Source: Pseudomonadales bacterium (lineage in GTDB: Bacteria > Pseudomonadota > Gammaproteobacteria > Pseudomonadales > Pseudohongiellaceae). From it: a stretch of 51,692 nt of DNA. The stretch is taken from contig JAKUTG010000001.1 of assembly GCA_022447905.1 (NCBI GenBank), forward strand, positions 1-51,692, written 5' to 3'. A program made the translations under genes and the position numbers. Under the pieces are notes generated by a model. It made no database searches and had not been told where the DNA came from. It worked only from the letters and a program-made list of their open reading frames with translations. Of the stretch, positions 35,277 to 46,555 are shown in pieces; the first letter of the stretch is position 1; every line of letters starts with the position of its first letter.

Positions 35277-36215
35277 ATGATTGAAATAGCTAATCTCACT
35301 AAAAAATTTGACCAATTTACCGCTATTAATGATCTTAATTTCAATGTGCAAGAAGGTGAAGTATTAGGTTTCCTCGGTCCAAATGGAGCAGGTAAATCCA
35401 CGACAATGAAAGTCATTACCGGCTTTCTGTCCCCTACAGCCGGGACCGTAACTATCGACGGCTTTGATATATCTGCCAATCCCATGGAGGCTAAGGCATT
35501 GATAGGCTATCTACCCGAAGGTGCACCTTGCTATGGAGACATGACGACGCAGGGGTTCCTGAATTTCATAGCTCAGATACGGGGTTATCGGGGAGAACAA
35601 ATAGTCACTCGAGTGCAACATGTCATCGAAGAAGTGGAACTACAATCGGTCTGTCAACAAACCATCGATACTTTGTCCAAGGGATTCAAAAGACGCGTGG
35701 GATTAGCCCAGGCGATTATGCATAATCCCAAGGTATTGATCTTGGATGAGCCAACTGATGGGCTCGATCCAAATCAGAAGCATCATGTTCGAGAGCTAAT
35801 CAAGAACTTAGCGCAGGATAAGATAGTTATTATCTCTACCCATATTCTCGAAGAAGTCACCGCCGTTTGTACCCGTGCCATAATTATTGCTGAAGGCAGG
35901 ATAGTGGCCGATGGAACGCCGACTGAACTGGAAGCGAAATCCAAATATCATCATGCGGTAAGTGTCAAGTTAACCGATGACCACGATTTGGCAGTTGACC
36001 TTGCGGGGATTCCGGAAATAGGAGAAGTCGAAAAGGATTCAGAGGATCAACTTAGTTACACAATATTGACAAAGAATGGCCAACCGATCTTTACCAAGGT
36101 GTCTGAAGTAGCGCACGCCAAGCAATGGCCTGTAACCGAGTTTCATGTGAACCGTGGTGAGCTGGAAGATGTTTTTAGAATGGTTACACAGCATACGCAA
36201 CGAGAGGTAGTGTGA
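35277..36215 (+). CDS. ABC transporter ATP-binding protein (ABC-2/GldA-like)
   Basis: Walker A is GPNGAGKST, the signature is LSKGFKRR and Walker B is LILDEPTDGLD. Confidence 0.9.
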   Translation: MIEIANLTKKFDQFTAINDLNFNVQEGEVLGFLGPNGAGKSTTMKVITGFLSPTAGTVTIDGFDISANPMEAKALIGYLPEGAPCYGDMTTQGFLNFIAQIRGYRGEQIVTRVQHVIEEVELQSVCQQTIDTLSKGFKRRVGLAQAIMHNPKVLILDEPTDGLDPNQKHHVRELIKNLAQDKIVIISTHILEEVTAVCTRAIIIAEGRIVADGTPTELEAKSKYHHAVSVKLTDDHDLAVDLAGIPEIGEVEKDSEDQLSYTILTKNGQPIFTKVSEVAHAKQWPVTEFHVNRGELEDVFRMVTQHTQREVV

Positions 36216-36949
36216 TGGGTAATCTTGGCATTATTTTTAGACGGGAGCTGTTAAGCTATTTTGCTACGCCATTGGCATACATCTTTATTGTGATCTTTCT
36301 TATTACCAATGGCATCTTCACCTTTGATTTGGGTGGCTTCTATATACGGGGGCAGGCAGATCTCTTGCCCTTTTTTAGTTTTCACCCTTGGCTTTACCTT
36401 TTCATGGTGCCTGCTATTGGCATGACGCTGTGGGCAGATGAACGCAAGACTGGCTCAATAGAATTACTATTAACACTGCCAATAAGATTATCTGATGCAG
36501 TTCTTGGAAAGTTTCTCGCGGCTTGGGTATTAACGGGCATTGCCTTATTACTAACTTTTCCTGTTTGGATCACGGTAAATTACCTTGGGGATCCAGATAA
36601 CGGAGTGATTGTTGCCGCCTATATTGGCAGCTGGTTCATGGCGGGCGGATTTCTCGCCATTGGTTCCTGCATGTCCGCCTGTACCAAGAATTCTGTGATC
36701 GCCTTTATCTTAACGGTGGCCACCTGTTTCCTTTTTGTAATAATGGGGTCATCAATTTTGCTCGACGCTTTTCCAACGTGGGTGCCCCAATTCTTGGTAG
36801 ATGCTTTTTCGACTATGGGGTTTCTCACCCACTTTGATTCGATTGCCAGGGGCGTTCTGGATATTAGGGATTTTTTATTTTTTACCGTTTTTATTACGGC
36901 CTGGTTGTTGGCCAGCGCTATTGTCATTGAAATCAAGAAAGCTAATTAG
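36212..36949 (+). CDS. ABC-2 type transporter permease (GldF-like)
   Basis: The protein is 245 aa with 6 predicted TM helices. Its start overlaps the ATPase stop by 4 nt. Confidence 0.85.
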   Translation: MMGNLGIIFRRELLSYFATPLAYIFIVIFLITNGIFTFDLGGFYIRGQADLLPFFSFHPWLYLFMVPAIGMTLWADERKTGSIELLLTLPIRLSDAVLGKFLAAWVLTGIALLLTFPVWITVNYLGDPDNGVIVAAYIGSWFMAGGFLAIGSCMSACTKNSVIAFILTVATCFLFVIMGSSILLDAFPTWVPQFLVDAFSTMGFLTHFDSIARGVLDIRDFLFFTVFITAWLLASAIVIEIKKAN

Positions 36950-36964
36950 AAGAGGGGTGCAGCA

Positions 36965-38989
36965 ATGAATACAAAATCTCTTTTCTCATCACTGGGATTA
37001 GTAGGTATCGCAGTCGGACTGGTCTTATGCGTGGCCATTATTAGCTTGCTACCCAGTCACCTGCGAATAGATCTTACCGAGGATGATCTTTACTCACTGT
37101 CTGATGGTACCCGCAATATTGTCGCAAACCTAGAACGGCCAGTAGAACTGATGTTCTTCTACTCTGATAGTGCTACTGAAGACATTCCACAAATCAGAAG
37201 TTTCGCAACTCGTGTCCAGGAGTTACTGCGTGAAATGGAGATTGCAAGCAACGGTAACTTGCGGTTAAGCATGATTGATCCTGAGCCTTTTTCGGAAGAT
37301 GAAGATGTGGCTACCCAATTTGGTATACAGCCGGTTCCCGTGTCACAGGGCGGAGAAGAAATCTACTTTGGGTTGGTTGTCACTCACGACTCGGGCGAGG
37401 ACGTGCCGTTTGGAATGCAGGTTTCGGAGACAATGCCGTTGATTCGCCCCGACCAGGAAGAGTTTCTTGAGTACGAGGTAATCAAGCTGATTACCAAAGT
37501 CAATAGTCCAGATCTCCCGGTGGTCGGATTGCTAACGCAACTGGATATTGATGGCGGCTTTGACCCCGTGCGAGGGCAGGCGACAGCGCCATGGATAGTC
37601 ATGGAATACATCCGTCAGCTCTACGAAGTTCGTCGCATAGACATTGACGACAATCACATTGATGAAGAGATTGATATTCTCATGGTAGTGCATCCGCAGG
37701 ATTTGCCAGAGCAGATGCTCTACGCGATCGATCAGCATATTATGCGCAGCGGAGCACTAATGCTATTTCTTGATCCCAATGCGGATTCCATGATTACCCA
37801 GTCTCCACAGGGAACTTTGATACCTGCAGGGATGAGCTCAGAGCTGCCGAAATTGTTAGAGGCTTGGGGCATCACGTTCGAAAACGATAAGGTATTGACT
37901 GATAACGAGTTAGCCTTGAGGGTTATCATGGGACAGGCTCAGCGACCCTCCCCGCATCTAGGTATGCTGGGGGTGCGACGTAACTACCTAGCTCAAGACG
38001 ACATCATCACCAATCGGTTAGAGACCATCAATTTTTCCTCCGCCGGTGCTGTTTCTCAGGTTGAGGGTGCTATTACTAGTTTTGAACCACTGATTGAATC
38101 ATCCACCGATGCCATGTTGATGGATTCTTCATTGTTAGAAAATGTAGCTGATCCGTCGGTGTTGTTCGATGAATTTGTTTCCTCCGGACAAAGCTATGTA
38201 CTTGCAGCCAGGGTCAGCGGTGATCTTGGCAGTGCATTTCCTGACGGGCGCCCGGTAGTTCAAGAAGAAGGCGAAGAAACGGAAGGTGGAACTATTGGCA
38301 CTACGAATAATGGGGCTTCAGAAAACCCAGTTCTTGCGCAGGAAATAATTGACTCTGAAGAAAACGGAGACGGAATCGTAGAAGCAGACGCTGAAGAGGA
38401 AGAGCTACCTGAACATATAGCGGCTACCATCGGGGCCGCTAACATCGTAGTCTTTGCAGATACTGACTTTTTAAGTGATCGGATGTGGGTTCAAGTTGCA
38501 CAGTTCCTAGGGCGTCGAATTCCCCAACCATTTGCAAATAATGCAGACCTGATTATTAATGCGCTGGATAATCTCAGCGGCAGTGCTGACCTCGTAAGTA
38601 TTCGAAGCCGTGGACGTTACTCTCGGCCTTTTACACGCGTACTTGATTTGCAACGCAAAGCCGATGATCGGTTGCGAACTGAGGAAGGGGAGTTGCTGAG
38701 CCGCTTAGCTGAAACGGAAACATCGCTCGCTGCGCTGAATCAGGCGGAGGATGGCGAGCTCGTTGGTCAAATCACACCAGAAATTCAGTCAGAAATAGAT
38801 CGCTTCAATGTCGAATTGTTAGAAACGCGCCGTCGACTGCGAGATGTGCAGTACCAGCTAACAGAGGACATCGAACGACTCGGTGCTAATCTCAAGGCAA
38901 TCGACACTGCGCTGGTTCCAATATTGCTTACTATCGTCCTATTGATGATGCACTATATGAGAATTCAGCGCCGTAAAACTTTAAAGTGA
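36965..38989 (+). CDS. GldG-like ABC transporter auxiliary component
   Basis: The protein is 674 aa with N- and C-terminal TM anchors and a large extracytoplasmic part (DLYSLSDGTRNIV..., FADTDFLSDRMW, coiled C-terminal segment). This architecture is typical of the GldG/ABC_transp_aux family. Confidence 0.8.
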   Translation: MNTKSLFSSLGLVGIAVGLVLCVAIISLLPSHLRIDLTEDDLYSLSDGTRNIVANLERPVELMFFYSDSATEDIPQIRSFATRVQELLREMEIASNGNLRLSMIDPEPFSEDEDVATQFGIQPVPVSQGGEEIYFGLVVTHDSGEDVPFGMQVSETMPLIRPDQEEFLEYEVIKLITKVNSPDLPVVGLLTQLDIDGGFDPVRGQATAPWIVMEYIRQLYEVRRIDIDDNHIDEEIDILMVVHPQDLPEQMLYAIDQHIMRSGALMLFLDPNADSMITQSPQGTLIPAGMSSELPKLLEAWGITFENDKVLTDNELALRVIMGQAQRPSPHLGMLGVRRNYLAQDDIITNRLETINFSSAGAVSQVEGAITSFEPLIESSTDAMLMDSSLLENVADPSVLFDEFVSSGQSYVLAARVSGDLGSAFPDGRPVVQEEGEETEGGTIGTTNNGASENPVLAQEIIDSEENGDGIVEADAEEEELPEHIAATIGAANIVVFADTDFLSDRMWVQVAQFLGRRIPQPFANNADLIINALDNLSGSADLVSIRSRGRYSRPFTRVLDLQRKADDRLRTEEGELLSRLAETETSLAALNQAEDGELVGQITPEIQSEIDRFNVELLETRRRLRDVQYQLTEDIERLGANLKAIDTALVPILLTIVLLMMHYMRIQRRKTLK

Positions 38990-38996
38990 GTTAAAT

Positions 38997-40328
38997 CTAT
39001 CGCTCCGCCTCTGAGCTCGGAGGATGACGAGGCAGACTCACTGTCAGGCGAGTTCCCTTCCCCATTTCACTGTGTATTAATAGTGAGCCACCATGCGCTT
39101 CGGCGATTAGGCGGCAAAGATATAATCCCAGCCCGAATCCTCCAGTATTTCGTTGCCTGGAGCTATCAGCTCGATAGAAGGGTTCGGTGATCTGCGACAG
39201 ATGTTTTTCCGGAATGCCTTCACCGTGATCGATTACTTTGAGGATAACTCCATCCTTATCGAAGCTGATTTTCACGAGGATGGGCTTTGTCTGGCCGTGG
39301 CGTATCGCATTGTTCAAAAGATTGGTTATCAGCAAGCGAACTCTGAGTTTGTCGAGATGAAATATTTCGTCTTCTTCAGGCGTGTCGATTTTGAGACCGC
39401 CTTCATAGGTTTCGAACTGCTTAGCAATTGACTTAACAAATCCGGCAAACTCAACTGGTTCTGCAATCAGGACGGAATGTTCATTGTTCAGATGCTCTGC
39501 TTCCAGCAGGTCAGAGATTAGTAAATCGATCTCATCGATATCTTCCCTCAGTTGTGTTTTTTCTTTACTTGTCGGCATGAACTCGAGGCGTAATTTGGCT
39601 TTGGTGATTGGTGTTCTCAATTCATGGCTAATAGCCATTAGTAACTGGCGCTTGGCTTCTAGCATTGATTGAAGTGAATCCGCCATATGGTTGATGCTTT
39701 CCGTCAGCTCTCCCAGTTCATCTTGCCGATTGCTCTTTACCCGGAAATTTAGATCGCCTTTTTCAATTCTTTCTGCTCCTCGTTTTAATAAACGTACTGG
39801 ATCCAGTAATTTGTTAACCATGAGGTAATTTATAAACAGGACAAGCGCAGCCAACGTAAGACCAATATAAAGCACAAAGTAGCTAAAGCTGTTGTCATTC
39901 ATAGAGCGCGGATAGAAATAGAAATCGTAACCGCCGCGTTTCACCATGATTATGTTTTCGTTGTTAATAGTTCGCTTTTCAGCTTCGGTGGTGAGCGTTT
40001 CTAAGTATTGAGAGGCATCTACGTTCAGTCTGTTTTCCGCGTCTGAACTCCAGCGCATGATCGGATTGCGAATATTGATCGTCCAATCAAGCTCATCTGC
40101 AAGCCTCATCGCGTTACCGAGATTCGGTGGAGCCCCAATGTCTTGAATGACTGATTCAACATTGCGCGTAAAATAATCAGGAATAGTTTCTATCGCACTG
40201 TCACGTTCATCACGGGTTATTTGCAGAGAAGCAAATATAATAACTAAAAATAGAACGAGCGTTATGCCAAATATAAGAAGCAATCTGAAAAAACGCGATT
40301 TTTTTACCGGTTCTACTAAAGTGATCAT
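38997..40328 (-). CDS. Sensor histidine kinase (TM-sensor-TM, HAMP, HisKA, HATPase_c)
   Basis: The H-box is ISHELRTPIT, the N-box is LLNNAIRHG and the G-boxes are DHGEGI and GGFGLGL. Confidence 0.9.
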   Translation of the reverse strand: MITLVEPVKKSRFFRLLLIFGITLVLFLVIIFASLQITRDERDSAIETIPDYFTRNVESVIQDIGAPPNLGNAMRLADELDWTINIRNPIMRWSSDAENRLNVDASQYLETLTTEAEKRTINNENIIMVKRGGYDFYFYPRSMNDNSFSYFVLYIGLTLAALVLFINYLMVNKLLDPVRLLKRGAERIEKGDLNFRVKSNRQDELGELTESINHMADSLQSMLEAKRQLLMAISHELRTPITKAKLRLEFMPTSKEKTQLREDIDEIDLLISDLLEAEHLNNEHSVLIAEPVEFAGFVKSIAKQFETYEGGLKIDTPEEDEIFHLDKLRVRLLITNLLNNAIRHGQTKPILVKISFDKDGVILKVIDHGEGIPEKHLSQITEPFYRADSSRQRNTGGFGLGLYLCRLIAEAHGGSLLIHSEMGKGTRLTVSLPRHPPSSEAER

Positions 40329-40378
40329 TACTATCGGGGTATAGTTATAATTATTCGAATATTATTGCAAAGGAAGAG

Positions 40379-41077
40379 TCACATTTGTTCGCCAACAAAA
40401 GTATAGCCACGGCCCCATATTGTTTTAATAAAACGAGGTGTCTTTGACGTATCCTTCAATTTATTTCGTAATCGACTGACTAATGTGTCTACGGCCCGAG
40501 AGAACAACTCTGCGTCTATGCCACGTAGGCGGTTCATTAGTTCATCTCGGGTAAATGTCTTATTGGGAAATTGCATGAACAAGATAAGCAGTTCATACTC
40601 CATGGTAGTAAGTTCGAGGGGCTTGCCATCCAATTTTAACTCTCTTCTTGAAACATCTACTTCCAATCCGTTGATTGGTTTTATCTCGCTAGTATTATGA
40701 TCTTCACTGCTACGTCTAAGTATGTTGTGAATACGAGCTACCAATTCTCTCGGTTCAAATGGTTTTGGCAGGTAATCATCTGCGCCAAGTTCTAACCCGA
40801 CGATTCTGTCGGTAACTTCCGCATGCGCAGTCAGCATCAAAATTGGTAGTTGGCCGTAGATAGATGACTTGGCACGAATTTCCCGGCACACTTCGAAGCC
40901 ATCTTTTTCTGGCAACATTACATCTAGGATGAGCAAATCCGGTTTTAACTTCCTGATCAACTTGAAACCTATGCTAGGGGTTATCGCAACGTAAACTTTC
41001 ATGTCATAGCGTTCGAGATACTGGGTTAGCAGTTGTCCCAGTTTCTCGTCATCGTCGATAATCAAGATATTTTTCAT
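40379..41077 (-). CDS. OmpR-family response regulator
   Basis: The receiver domain has ILIIDDD...DLLILDVMLP and KPF. The winged-helix C-terminus has IKTIWGRGYTF. Confidence 0.95.
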   Translation of the reverse strand: MKNILIIDDDEKLGQLLTQYLERYDMKVYVAITPSIGFKLIRKLKPDLLILDVMLPEKDGFEVCREIRAKSSIYGQLPILMLTAHAEVTDRIVGLELGADDYLPKPFEPRELVARIHNILRRSSEDHNTSEIKPINGLEVDVSRRELKLDGKPLELTTMEYELLILFMQFPNKTFTRDELMNRLRGIDAELFSRAVDTLVSRLRNKLKDTSKTPRFIKTIWGRGYTFVGEQM

Positions 41078-41223
41078 TCAGGGGGTCGCGCAATGGTAAG
41101 GAAAGAACCTCTGTTTGGTGGATAATAGTACGAATTCAATTCATTGAAAGCAATTCCACGGAAAGTAATTAAAAAATCGAAGTGATATGAAGTGCAGCAG
41201 GAAAGATCTAAACACATGCAAGC

Positions 41224-42006
41224 TTATCTACACAAGCGAATGAATAGGTAGCCTTGATCATATTCCTCGAGATTGAGAAGGTCTCCATATTTCTGATGCC
41301 ATCGACCTGTTTCCAGATCATTTCGCAGATTTTGTAGTCCTTGGTCCAGGTACTGTCGATCCAGTTTCGCAAATGAAGAAATGCCTCTTCGGAATCCTTT
41401 CTGCAGATATGCCTCAGGATGGGCCCAATCTGCAGAGGAGAAATGGTCAATTAGATCCTTGGGTAAGGGGAAGGATATGCGCTTAAGAGTGGCTCCTAGG
41501 GATTCGGTTACGAATTGGGTCAGGTCTTCCATAGTTGGTGACCGTGCGTTGTCAATTTCGACTAACTTAGGAAAGTAGTCGAACAGCCAAAATTTTGTTT
41601 TGTGGTTAACATCAAAGGCAAAGATGATAAAGGGACCAATCCCTGTTACGCGCAATGCCTCACTAATACTCTGTCGCCAATCCTTCAGATGGTGGAGGGC
41701 TAAAGTCATTATAGCGCCGTCAAATTGGTCGTTAGCGAAAGGCAGTGACTCGGCGATTGAGGCGACCCAATTTAGGCGGGTGTGAGGCTTAGCTTGTTGG
41801 CGCATTGCCTGTGACGGCTCCACCGCACTTACATTAAATCCATGTTTCGCCAGCGCCCAGCTATAATTCCCCGTTCCGGCTCCGATATCAATGACGGAAC
41901 TCCCTTTCTCTAGGGCCAGTAATTTGATGAGCCATTGAGTGATCCGAGGATCCTCGGTCCGCGTAACTGAGTATGTTTTTCCTATTGTGTCATAGTGGGG
42001 GTCCAT
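41224..42006 (-). CDS. Class I SAM-dependent methyltransferase
   Basis: Motif I is VIDIGAGTGNYS, and the post-I/II motifs FDGAIMTLALHH follow. Confidence 0.85.
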   Translation of the reverse strand: MDPHYDTIGKTYSVTRTEDPRITQWLIKLLALEKGSSVIDIGAGTGNYSWALAKHGFNVSAVEPSQAMRQQAKPHTRLNWVASIAESLPFANDQFDGAIMTLALHHLKDWRQSISEALRVTGIGPFIIFAFDVNHKTKFWLFDYFPKLVEIDNARSPTMEDLTQFVTESLGATLKRISFPLPKDLIDHFSSADWAHPEAYLQKGFRRGISSFAKLDRQYLDQGLQNLRNDLETGRWHQKYGDLLNLEEYDQGYLFIRLCR

Positions 42007-42113
42007 TCATGCTCTAGTATAACATGGGGAAATTTAGGGGATTGGAGGGCTACTTGAAATTTGGCAATTAAATCCCATTTACAGATTTATACGTTGCTGG
42101 AGAATCTATATCC

Positions 42114-43184
42114 ATGAATTCCTTGCGTTATGTGCTAATTATCCTGGTAATCATCGTGATCCCATTATTTGGCATTGCGAAACAACCGGACTACAGACAA
42201 TTCAAGACTGTCGATGAAGAAAACAATATAGAGGTCTTCAAAAGAGCCAGTCCATCGGTTGTACATATAACCAACTCACGTCTAGTTAGGACTTTTTACT
42301 CACTCAATCCGCAGGAGGTCCCGCAGGGGAGTGGCACTGGTTTTATTTGGAGCGCGGAGGGTTTTATTGTTACTAATTATCATGTTGTCCAGCAGGCGAA
42401 TCGTGTCACGGTGACCCTGCAGGATGGCACTAGCTACAATGCTAGGGCAGTGGGTCTGGATCCAGACAAGGACTTGGCGGTATTGAAAATTGAAGCGCAA
42501 AGTGCGGAACTAACTCCGATTTCACTTGGTGATTCTTCATTGCTTGAGGTGGGTAGGAAGGTCATTGCGATAGGTAACCCATTTGGTCTGGATATGACTA
42601 TGACCGTTGGCGTGGTCAGTGCTCTGGGAAGGGAAATCGAGTCTATAAGCCAGCGTACCATTCGCGATGTAATTCAGACCGACGCGGCAATAAATCCAGG
42701 GAATTCCGGTGGACCGTTACTGAATTCACTCGGGCAATTGGTTGGAGTGAACACTGCGATTTACAGCCCTAGTGGCGCCAGCTCAGGGATCGGATTCGCC
42801 ATTCCAGTAAACACGGTCAAACGAATCGTGCCAGAACTTATTACATACGGCCGTGTGCAGACTCCGATACTTGGTATCACTCGGATTCCTCAACCAGAAT
42901 ACTATCGCGACCTGTGGGGAGTCGATGGCGTGATCATCCTCGATGTTATTGCAGGGACGGGTCCGGAGCGCCTAGGTATGCGAGGACTTAGAAGAGTTCC
43001 TACCGGCAAGATCCAGCTTGGGGACGTTATAGTTGAGATAGATGGGCAACCAGTAGCTAATGAAGACGATTATGCCTCTATCATGGAACAACATCGACCG
43101 GGGGATATCGTCACGGTGAGGACTTTGCGTGACAATCAGATAAGGGAATACGAGATCGAGTTGCAGCCACCATTTAATCGCTAA
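42114..43184 (+). CDS. S1C (HtrA/DegS-like) serine protease with one PDZ domain
   Basis: An N-terminal TM anchor is present. The catalytic triad contexts are TNYHVV, DLAVLKI and GNSGGPL. A C-terminal PDZ domain follows ([12 protein letters not shown]). Confidence 0.9.
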   Translation: MNSLRYVLIILVIIVIPLFGIAKQPDYRQFKTVDEENNIEVFKRASPSVVHITNSRLVRTFYSLNPQEVPQGSGTGFIWSAEGFIVTNYHVVQQANRVTVTLQDGTSYNARAVGLDPDKDLAVLKIEAQSAELTPISLGDSSLLEVGRKVIAIGNPFGLDMTMTVGVVSALGREIESISQRTIRDVIQTDAAINPGNSGGPLLNSLGQLVGVNTAIYSPSGASSGIGFAIPVNTVKRIVPELITYGRVQTPILGITRIPQPEYYRDLWGVDGVIILDVIAGTGPERLGMRGLRRVPTGKIQLGDVIVEIDGQPVANEDDYASIMEQHRPGDIVTVRTLRDNQIREYEIELQPPFNR

Positions 43185-44587
43185 CGATTGCCTAGGGTTT
43201 GCAGCGCGTTCTTGACAGCCACTAGCACCTGTTTTGGGGCCGTTCCACCTATATGGTTTCTGGAATTAACTGAACCTTCCAAGCTCAGCACCTCATAAAC
43301 GTCGTCTTGGATAGTTTTAGAAAATACCTGCAATTCATTAAGCGAAAGCTCGGCTAAGCCTTTGTTCGCTTCTATGGCAGCGGCTACGGTCTTTCCAACA
43401 ATCTCATGGGCATCTCGAAAAGCTAGGCCTTTTTTGACCAGGTAATCCGCGAGGTCGGTAGCGGTAGCGTAGCTCTGGCTAGCAGACTGACGCATTGCGT
43501 CTCGATTGCAGCTAATAGCTGGCACCAACTCACTGTAGGCGAACAGACAGTTTTTTACGGTATCAAGTGAGTCAAACAATGATTCTTTGTCCTCTTGGTT
43601 ATCCCTGTTATAGGCAAGTGGTTGAGATTTCATCAAAGTTAGAAGTGACACCAAGTGGCCGGTGACTCGGCCAGTTTTTCCGCGAATCAATTCAGGGACA
43701 TCAGGATTCTTTTTTTGTGGCATGATGGAAGAACCAGTACAGAACCTGTCTGGCAGAGTTACGAATCCAAACTGTTCGGAAGTCCACAACACCAGCTCTT
43801 CTGAAAATCGTGACAGGTGAGACATCAGGATACTTCCAGCGGCGGCTAGTTCTATCGCAAAGTCACGATCGCTGACAGAATCTAGAGAATTTTTGGTCGG
43901 CAGGTCAAATCCAAGCAATTTTGCTGTGTATTCTCTATCGATAGGAAAGCTCGTTCCTGCCAGAGCAGCAGCACCCAAAGGGGACAGGTTTACCCTTTTG
44001 CGACAATCCAAAAACCGTTGATAATCACGATCTAGCATCTCATACCAGGCCATCAAGTGATGTCCAAACGTAACGGGTTGCGCGATTTGTAGGTGGGTAA
44101 AACCCGGCATAATCGTACTGGCTTCCTTGGAAGCAATTTCTACCAATCCTTCTTGGAGCTTAGTAATCAGGCCGGAAATTTGATCAATTTCATCACGCAC
44201 ATACAGTCGCAGATCAGTGGCTACCTGATCGTTACGGGAGCGGCCGGTGTGTAACTTCTTGCCTGCATCGCCAATTCGTTCAGTTAAAGCAGACTCGATA
44301 TTCATGTGTACATCTTCATGAGCGACAGACCATTCGAAATTGTCATTCTCAATTTCTTTTCGTATTGACTCTAGCCCCTTTAGGATGGACTTTTCTTCTT
44401 CACTTGTCAGAATTCCTACTTTATGTAGCATGCGGGCATGCGCAATCGATCCATCAATATCGTATGAATAGAGTCGTTTATCGAAATTCACCGACGAGGT
44501 AAAAGTTTCCACAAAAGCATCTGTCGCTTCGGTGAATCTACCAGACCACAGTTTGTTCGATTTGCTGTCTTTATTGTGAATGCTCAT
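43181..44587 (-). CDS. argH: Argininosuccinate lyase
   Basis: The translation has [18 protein letters not shown] and [13 protein letters not shown] placed the start at the Met at 44587; the track ORF begins at 44620. Confidence 0.95.
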   Translation of the reverse strand: MSIHNKDSKSNKLWSGRFTEATDAFVETFTSSVNFDKRLYSYDIDGSIAHARMLHKVGILTSEEEKSILKGLESIRKEIENDNFEWSVAHEDVHMNIESALTERIGDAGKKLHTGRSRNDQVATDLRLYVRDEIDQISGLITKLQEGLVEIASKEASTIMPGFTHLQIAQPVTFGHHLMAWYEMLDRDYQRFLDCRKRVNLSPLGAAALAGTSFPIDREYTAKLLGFDLPTKNSLDSVSDRDFAIELAAAGSILMSHLSRFSEELVLWTSEQFGFVTLPDRFCTGSSIMPQKKNPDVPELIRGKTGRVTGHLVSLLTLMKSQPLAYNRDNQEDKESLFDSLDTVKNCLFAYSELVPAISCNRDAMRQSASQSYATATDLADYLVKKGLAFRDAHEIVGKTVAAAIEANKGLAELSLNELQVFSKTIQDDVYEVLSLEGSVNSRNHIGGTAPKQVLVAVKNALQTLGNR

Positions 44588-44782
44588 AGTGAGACCCATT
44601 ACCCTTTGAAAATGCACCATTGGCGAAGAGATGGGTCAGTGTCCTTCGTGGCAGGCGATTATAGCAGGATACCTCAGGCTTAATAAGCGCATAAGCCCAG
44701 TCGGTGGGTGTGATCGGACAAAGTGGGGCAATTATCGTAAAATGCTTCTTTCAGGATGAATAAAAGAAACACTTAAAGGCAT

Positions 44783-45709
44783 ATGACAAAACGATTGATG
44801 AGAATCGCGACACGCAAGAGCCCGTTGGCTTTGTGGCAGGCTAACTTTGTAAAAGAAGCGCTTGAAGCTTTCCATAGTGGGCTTGTGGTGGAGCTGGTAC
44901 CCCTGACCACCCGAGGAGACAAGATCTTAGAAGCGCCTTTGGCAAAGGCTGGTGGCAAGGGCTTATTCGTTAAGGAACTTGAGCGAGCCGTGTTAGAAGG
45001 CCAAGCGGACATCGCTGTGCATTCGATGAAAGATGTACCAATGGAATTTCTCGAAGGGCTTGGGCTTGCTGTTATCTGTGAACGGGAGGATCCAGCCGAT
45101 GCATTCGTGTCCAACAATTATAATGCTATTGAAGCTCTTCCCGGTAAGGCTCGGATAGGAACCTCGAGTTTCAGGCGGCAGTGCCAGCTAAGACACTTAA
45201 GACCCGATCTATCGGTTGTTGATTTGCGCGGGAATGTTGGTACCCGCTTGGAGAAGTTGGACAGTGGTGATTACGATGCCATCATTCTGGCGGTTGCCGG
45301 GCTTAAACGCTTGGCCTTGGACGGTCGTATCACGCAACGTCTGAGCTTCGACCAGTGTTTACCTGCCGGCGGCCAGGGGGCGGTGGGTATAGAGTGTCGC
45401 ACTGAAGACCTGGACACACTTAAACTGGTCGATTTTTTGCATCACCAAGAAACAGCTACCCGTGTATCGGCAGAGCGCGCAGTGAATTCTAGATTGCAAG
45501 GAGGTTGTCAGGTACCCATTGCCGCTTTTGCTGAATTCAATGCGGGTGCACTTTTCCTCCGAGCGCTGGTTGGAGATGTCGAAGGAGACAAGGTTTTACG
45601 GAGCGAACTAACTGGCGATCCTCACTACGCGGAGCAATTAGGTATTACTGTTGCGGAGGATCTATTATTTCAGGGTGCGGCTGAAATTCTGGAATCGCTA
45701 GCAACATAG
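44783..45709 (+). CDS. hemC: Hydroxymethylbilane synthase
   Basis: The translation has [19 protein letters not shown] and AVHSMKDVP. The cofactor Cys lies in EGGCQVPIA-like [10 protein letters not shown]. Confidence 0.95.
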   Translation: MTKRLMRIATRKSPLALWQANFVKEALEAFHSGLVVELVPLTTRGDKILEAPLAKAGGKGLFVKELERAVLEGQADIAVHSMKDVPMEFLEGLGLAVICEREDPADAFVSNNYNAIEALPGKARIGTSSFRRQCQLRHLRPDLSVVDLRGNVGTRLEKLDSGDYDAIILAVAGLKRLALDGRITQRLSFDQCLPAGGQGAVGIECRTEDLDTLKLVDFLHHQETATRVSAERAVNSRLQGGCQVPIAAFAEFNAGALFLRALVGDVEGDKVLRSELTGDPHYAEQLGITVAEDLLFQGAAEILESLAT

Positions 45710-45726
45710 GCGCTACTATTTCACCG

Positions 45727-46530
45727 ATGAATTTGGCAAGCCTACAAGGATTAAATGTGTTGGTCACCCGGCCAGCTCCGCAGCAACAGCCAATAAGAGA
45801 AGCGATAGAATCTCTAGGGGGTCACGCCATCCATTTTCCTCTTATCGATATTGTACCGCTGAGAGGCACGGAAAACATTCAGGAACTGGAACAAAAGGTT
45901 AGAGCATTAGATAGTTACCAAGTTCTTATTTTTGTAAGTACCAACGGAGCTCGGTTGGGTAAAGAATGGTTTTCAAACTACGCAGCGAAAATTCCTGACA
46001 AGATTGATGTGATTGCAGTAGGACCTACTACTGCAAAAATGGTATCAACGTTATTTGAGTGCACCGTAATGCATTCTGATACTGGCATGACTAGCGAGGA
46101 TATGCTGTCACTTCCGGTGCTCAAGGAGGTGGCCGGCAAGCATATCGGCATAGTACGTGGTAAAGGAGGTAGGGAGCTGCTGGCGATGGAGCTTTGCCAG
46201 CGAGGCGCAATAGTTGATTACTTTGAGGTATACCAACGAGAAGTCCACGTATATGAGCCAGAAGAACTAATAAATGTTGTGAATTGTGAGCAGATAAATG
46301 TGGTTACCATAACTTCAGGAGAAGCATTGGCTCGGTTTTCAGACTTGGCCATCGATAACAAAGCGGCATTGAGTCTGATACCATTGGTAGTTCCTTCGGC
46401 AAGGCTTGCAAGTCAGGCCGAACGACTTGGGTACAAGGCAGTTAGGAATTCTAATGGGGCCGACAACTCATCAATGCTGACGGTGCTGAAGGATATTGCA
46501 AGTAATGGCAGCATTAGGAATAAAGGTTAA
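45727..46530 (+). CDS. hemD: Uroporphyrinogen-III synthase
   Basis: The translation has LNVLVTRP and IFVSTNG. The gene sits between hemC and hemX. Confidence 0.9.
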   Translation: MNLASLQGLNVLVTRPAPQQQPIREAIESLGGHAIHFPLIDIVPLRGTENIQELEQKVRALDSYQVLIFVSTNGARLGKEWFSNYAAKIPDKIDVIAVGPTTAKMVSTLFECTVMHSDTGMTSEDMLSLPVLKEVAGKHIGIVRGKGGRELLAMELCQRGAIVDYFEVYQREVHVYEPEELINVVNCEQINVVTITSGEALARFSDLAIDNKAALSLIPLVVPSARLASQAERLGYKAVRNSNGADNSSMLTVLKDIASNGSIRNKG

Positions 46531-46555
46531 ATAACACTTTAAATAGGTAATTCCC

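Noticed and set aside
35277-36949. ABC-2 transporter considered as the Wzm/Wzt exporter for the glycosyltransferase island
   Set aside because: The housekeeping lptM-lysA-dapF-DUF484 operon separates it from the island. It is also coupled to a GldG-type auxiliary protein rather than a Wzt with a carbohydrate-binding domain.
41208-41450. 80-aa ORF overlapping the 3' end of the methyltransferase gene (also 12812..13012 overlapping the NRDE start)
   Set aside because: These are same-strand alternate-frame overlaps with well-supported genes, and they show no motifs.
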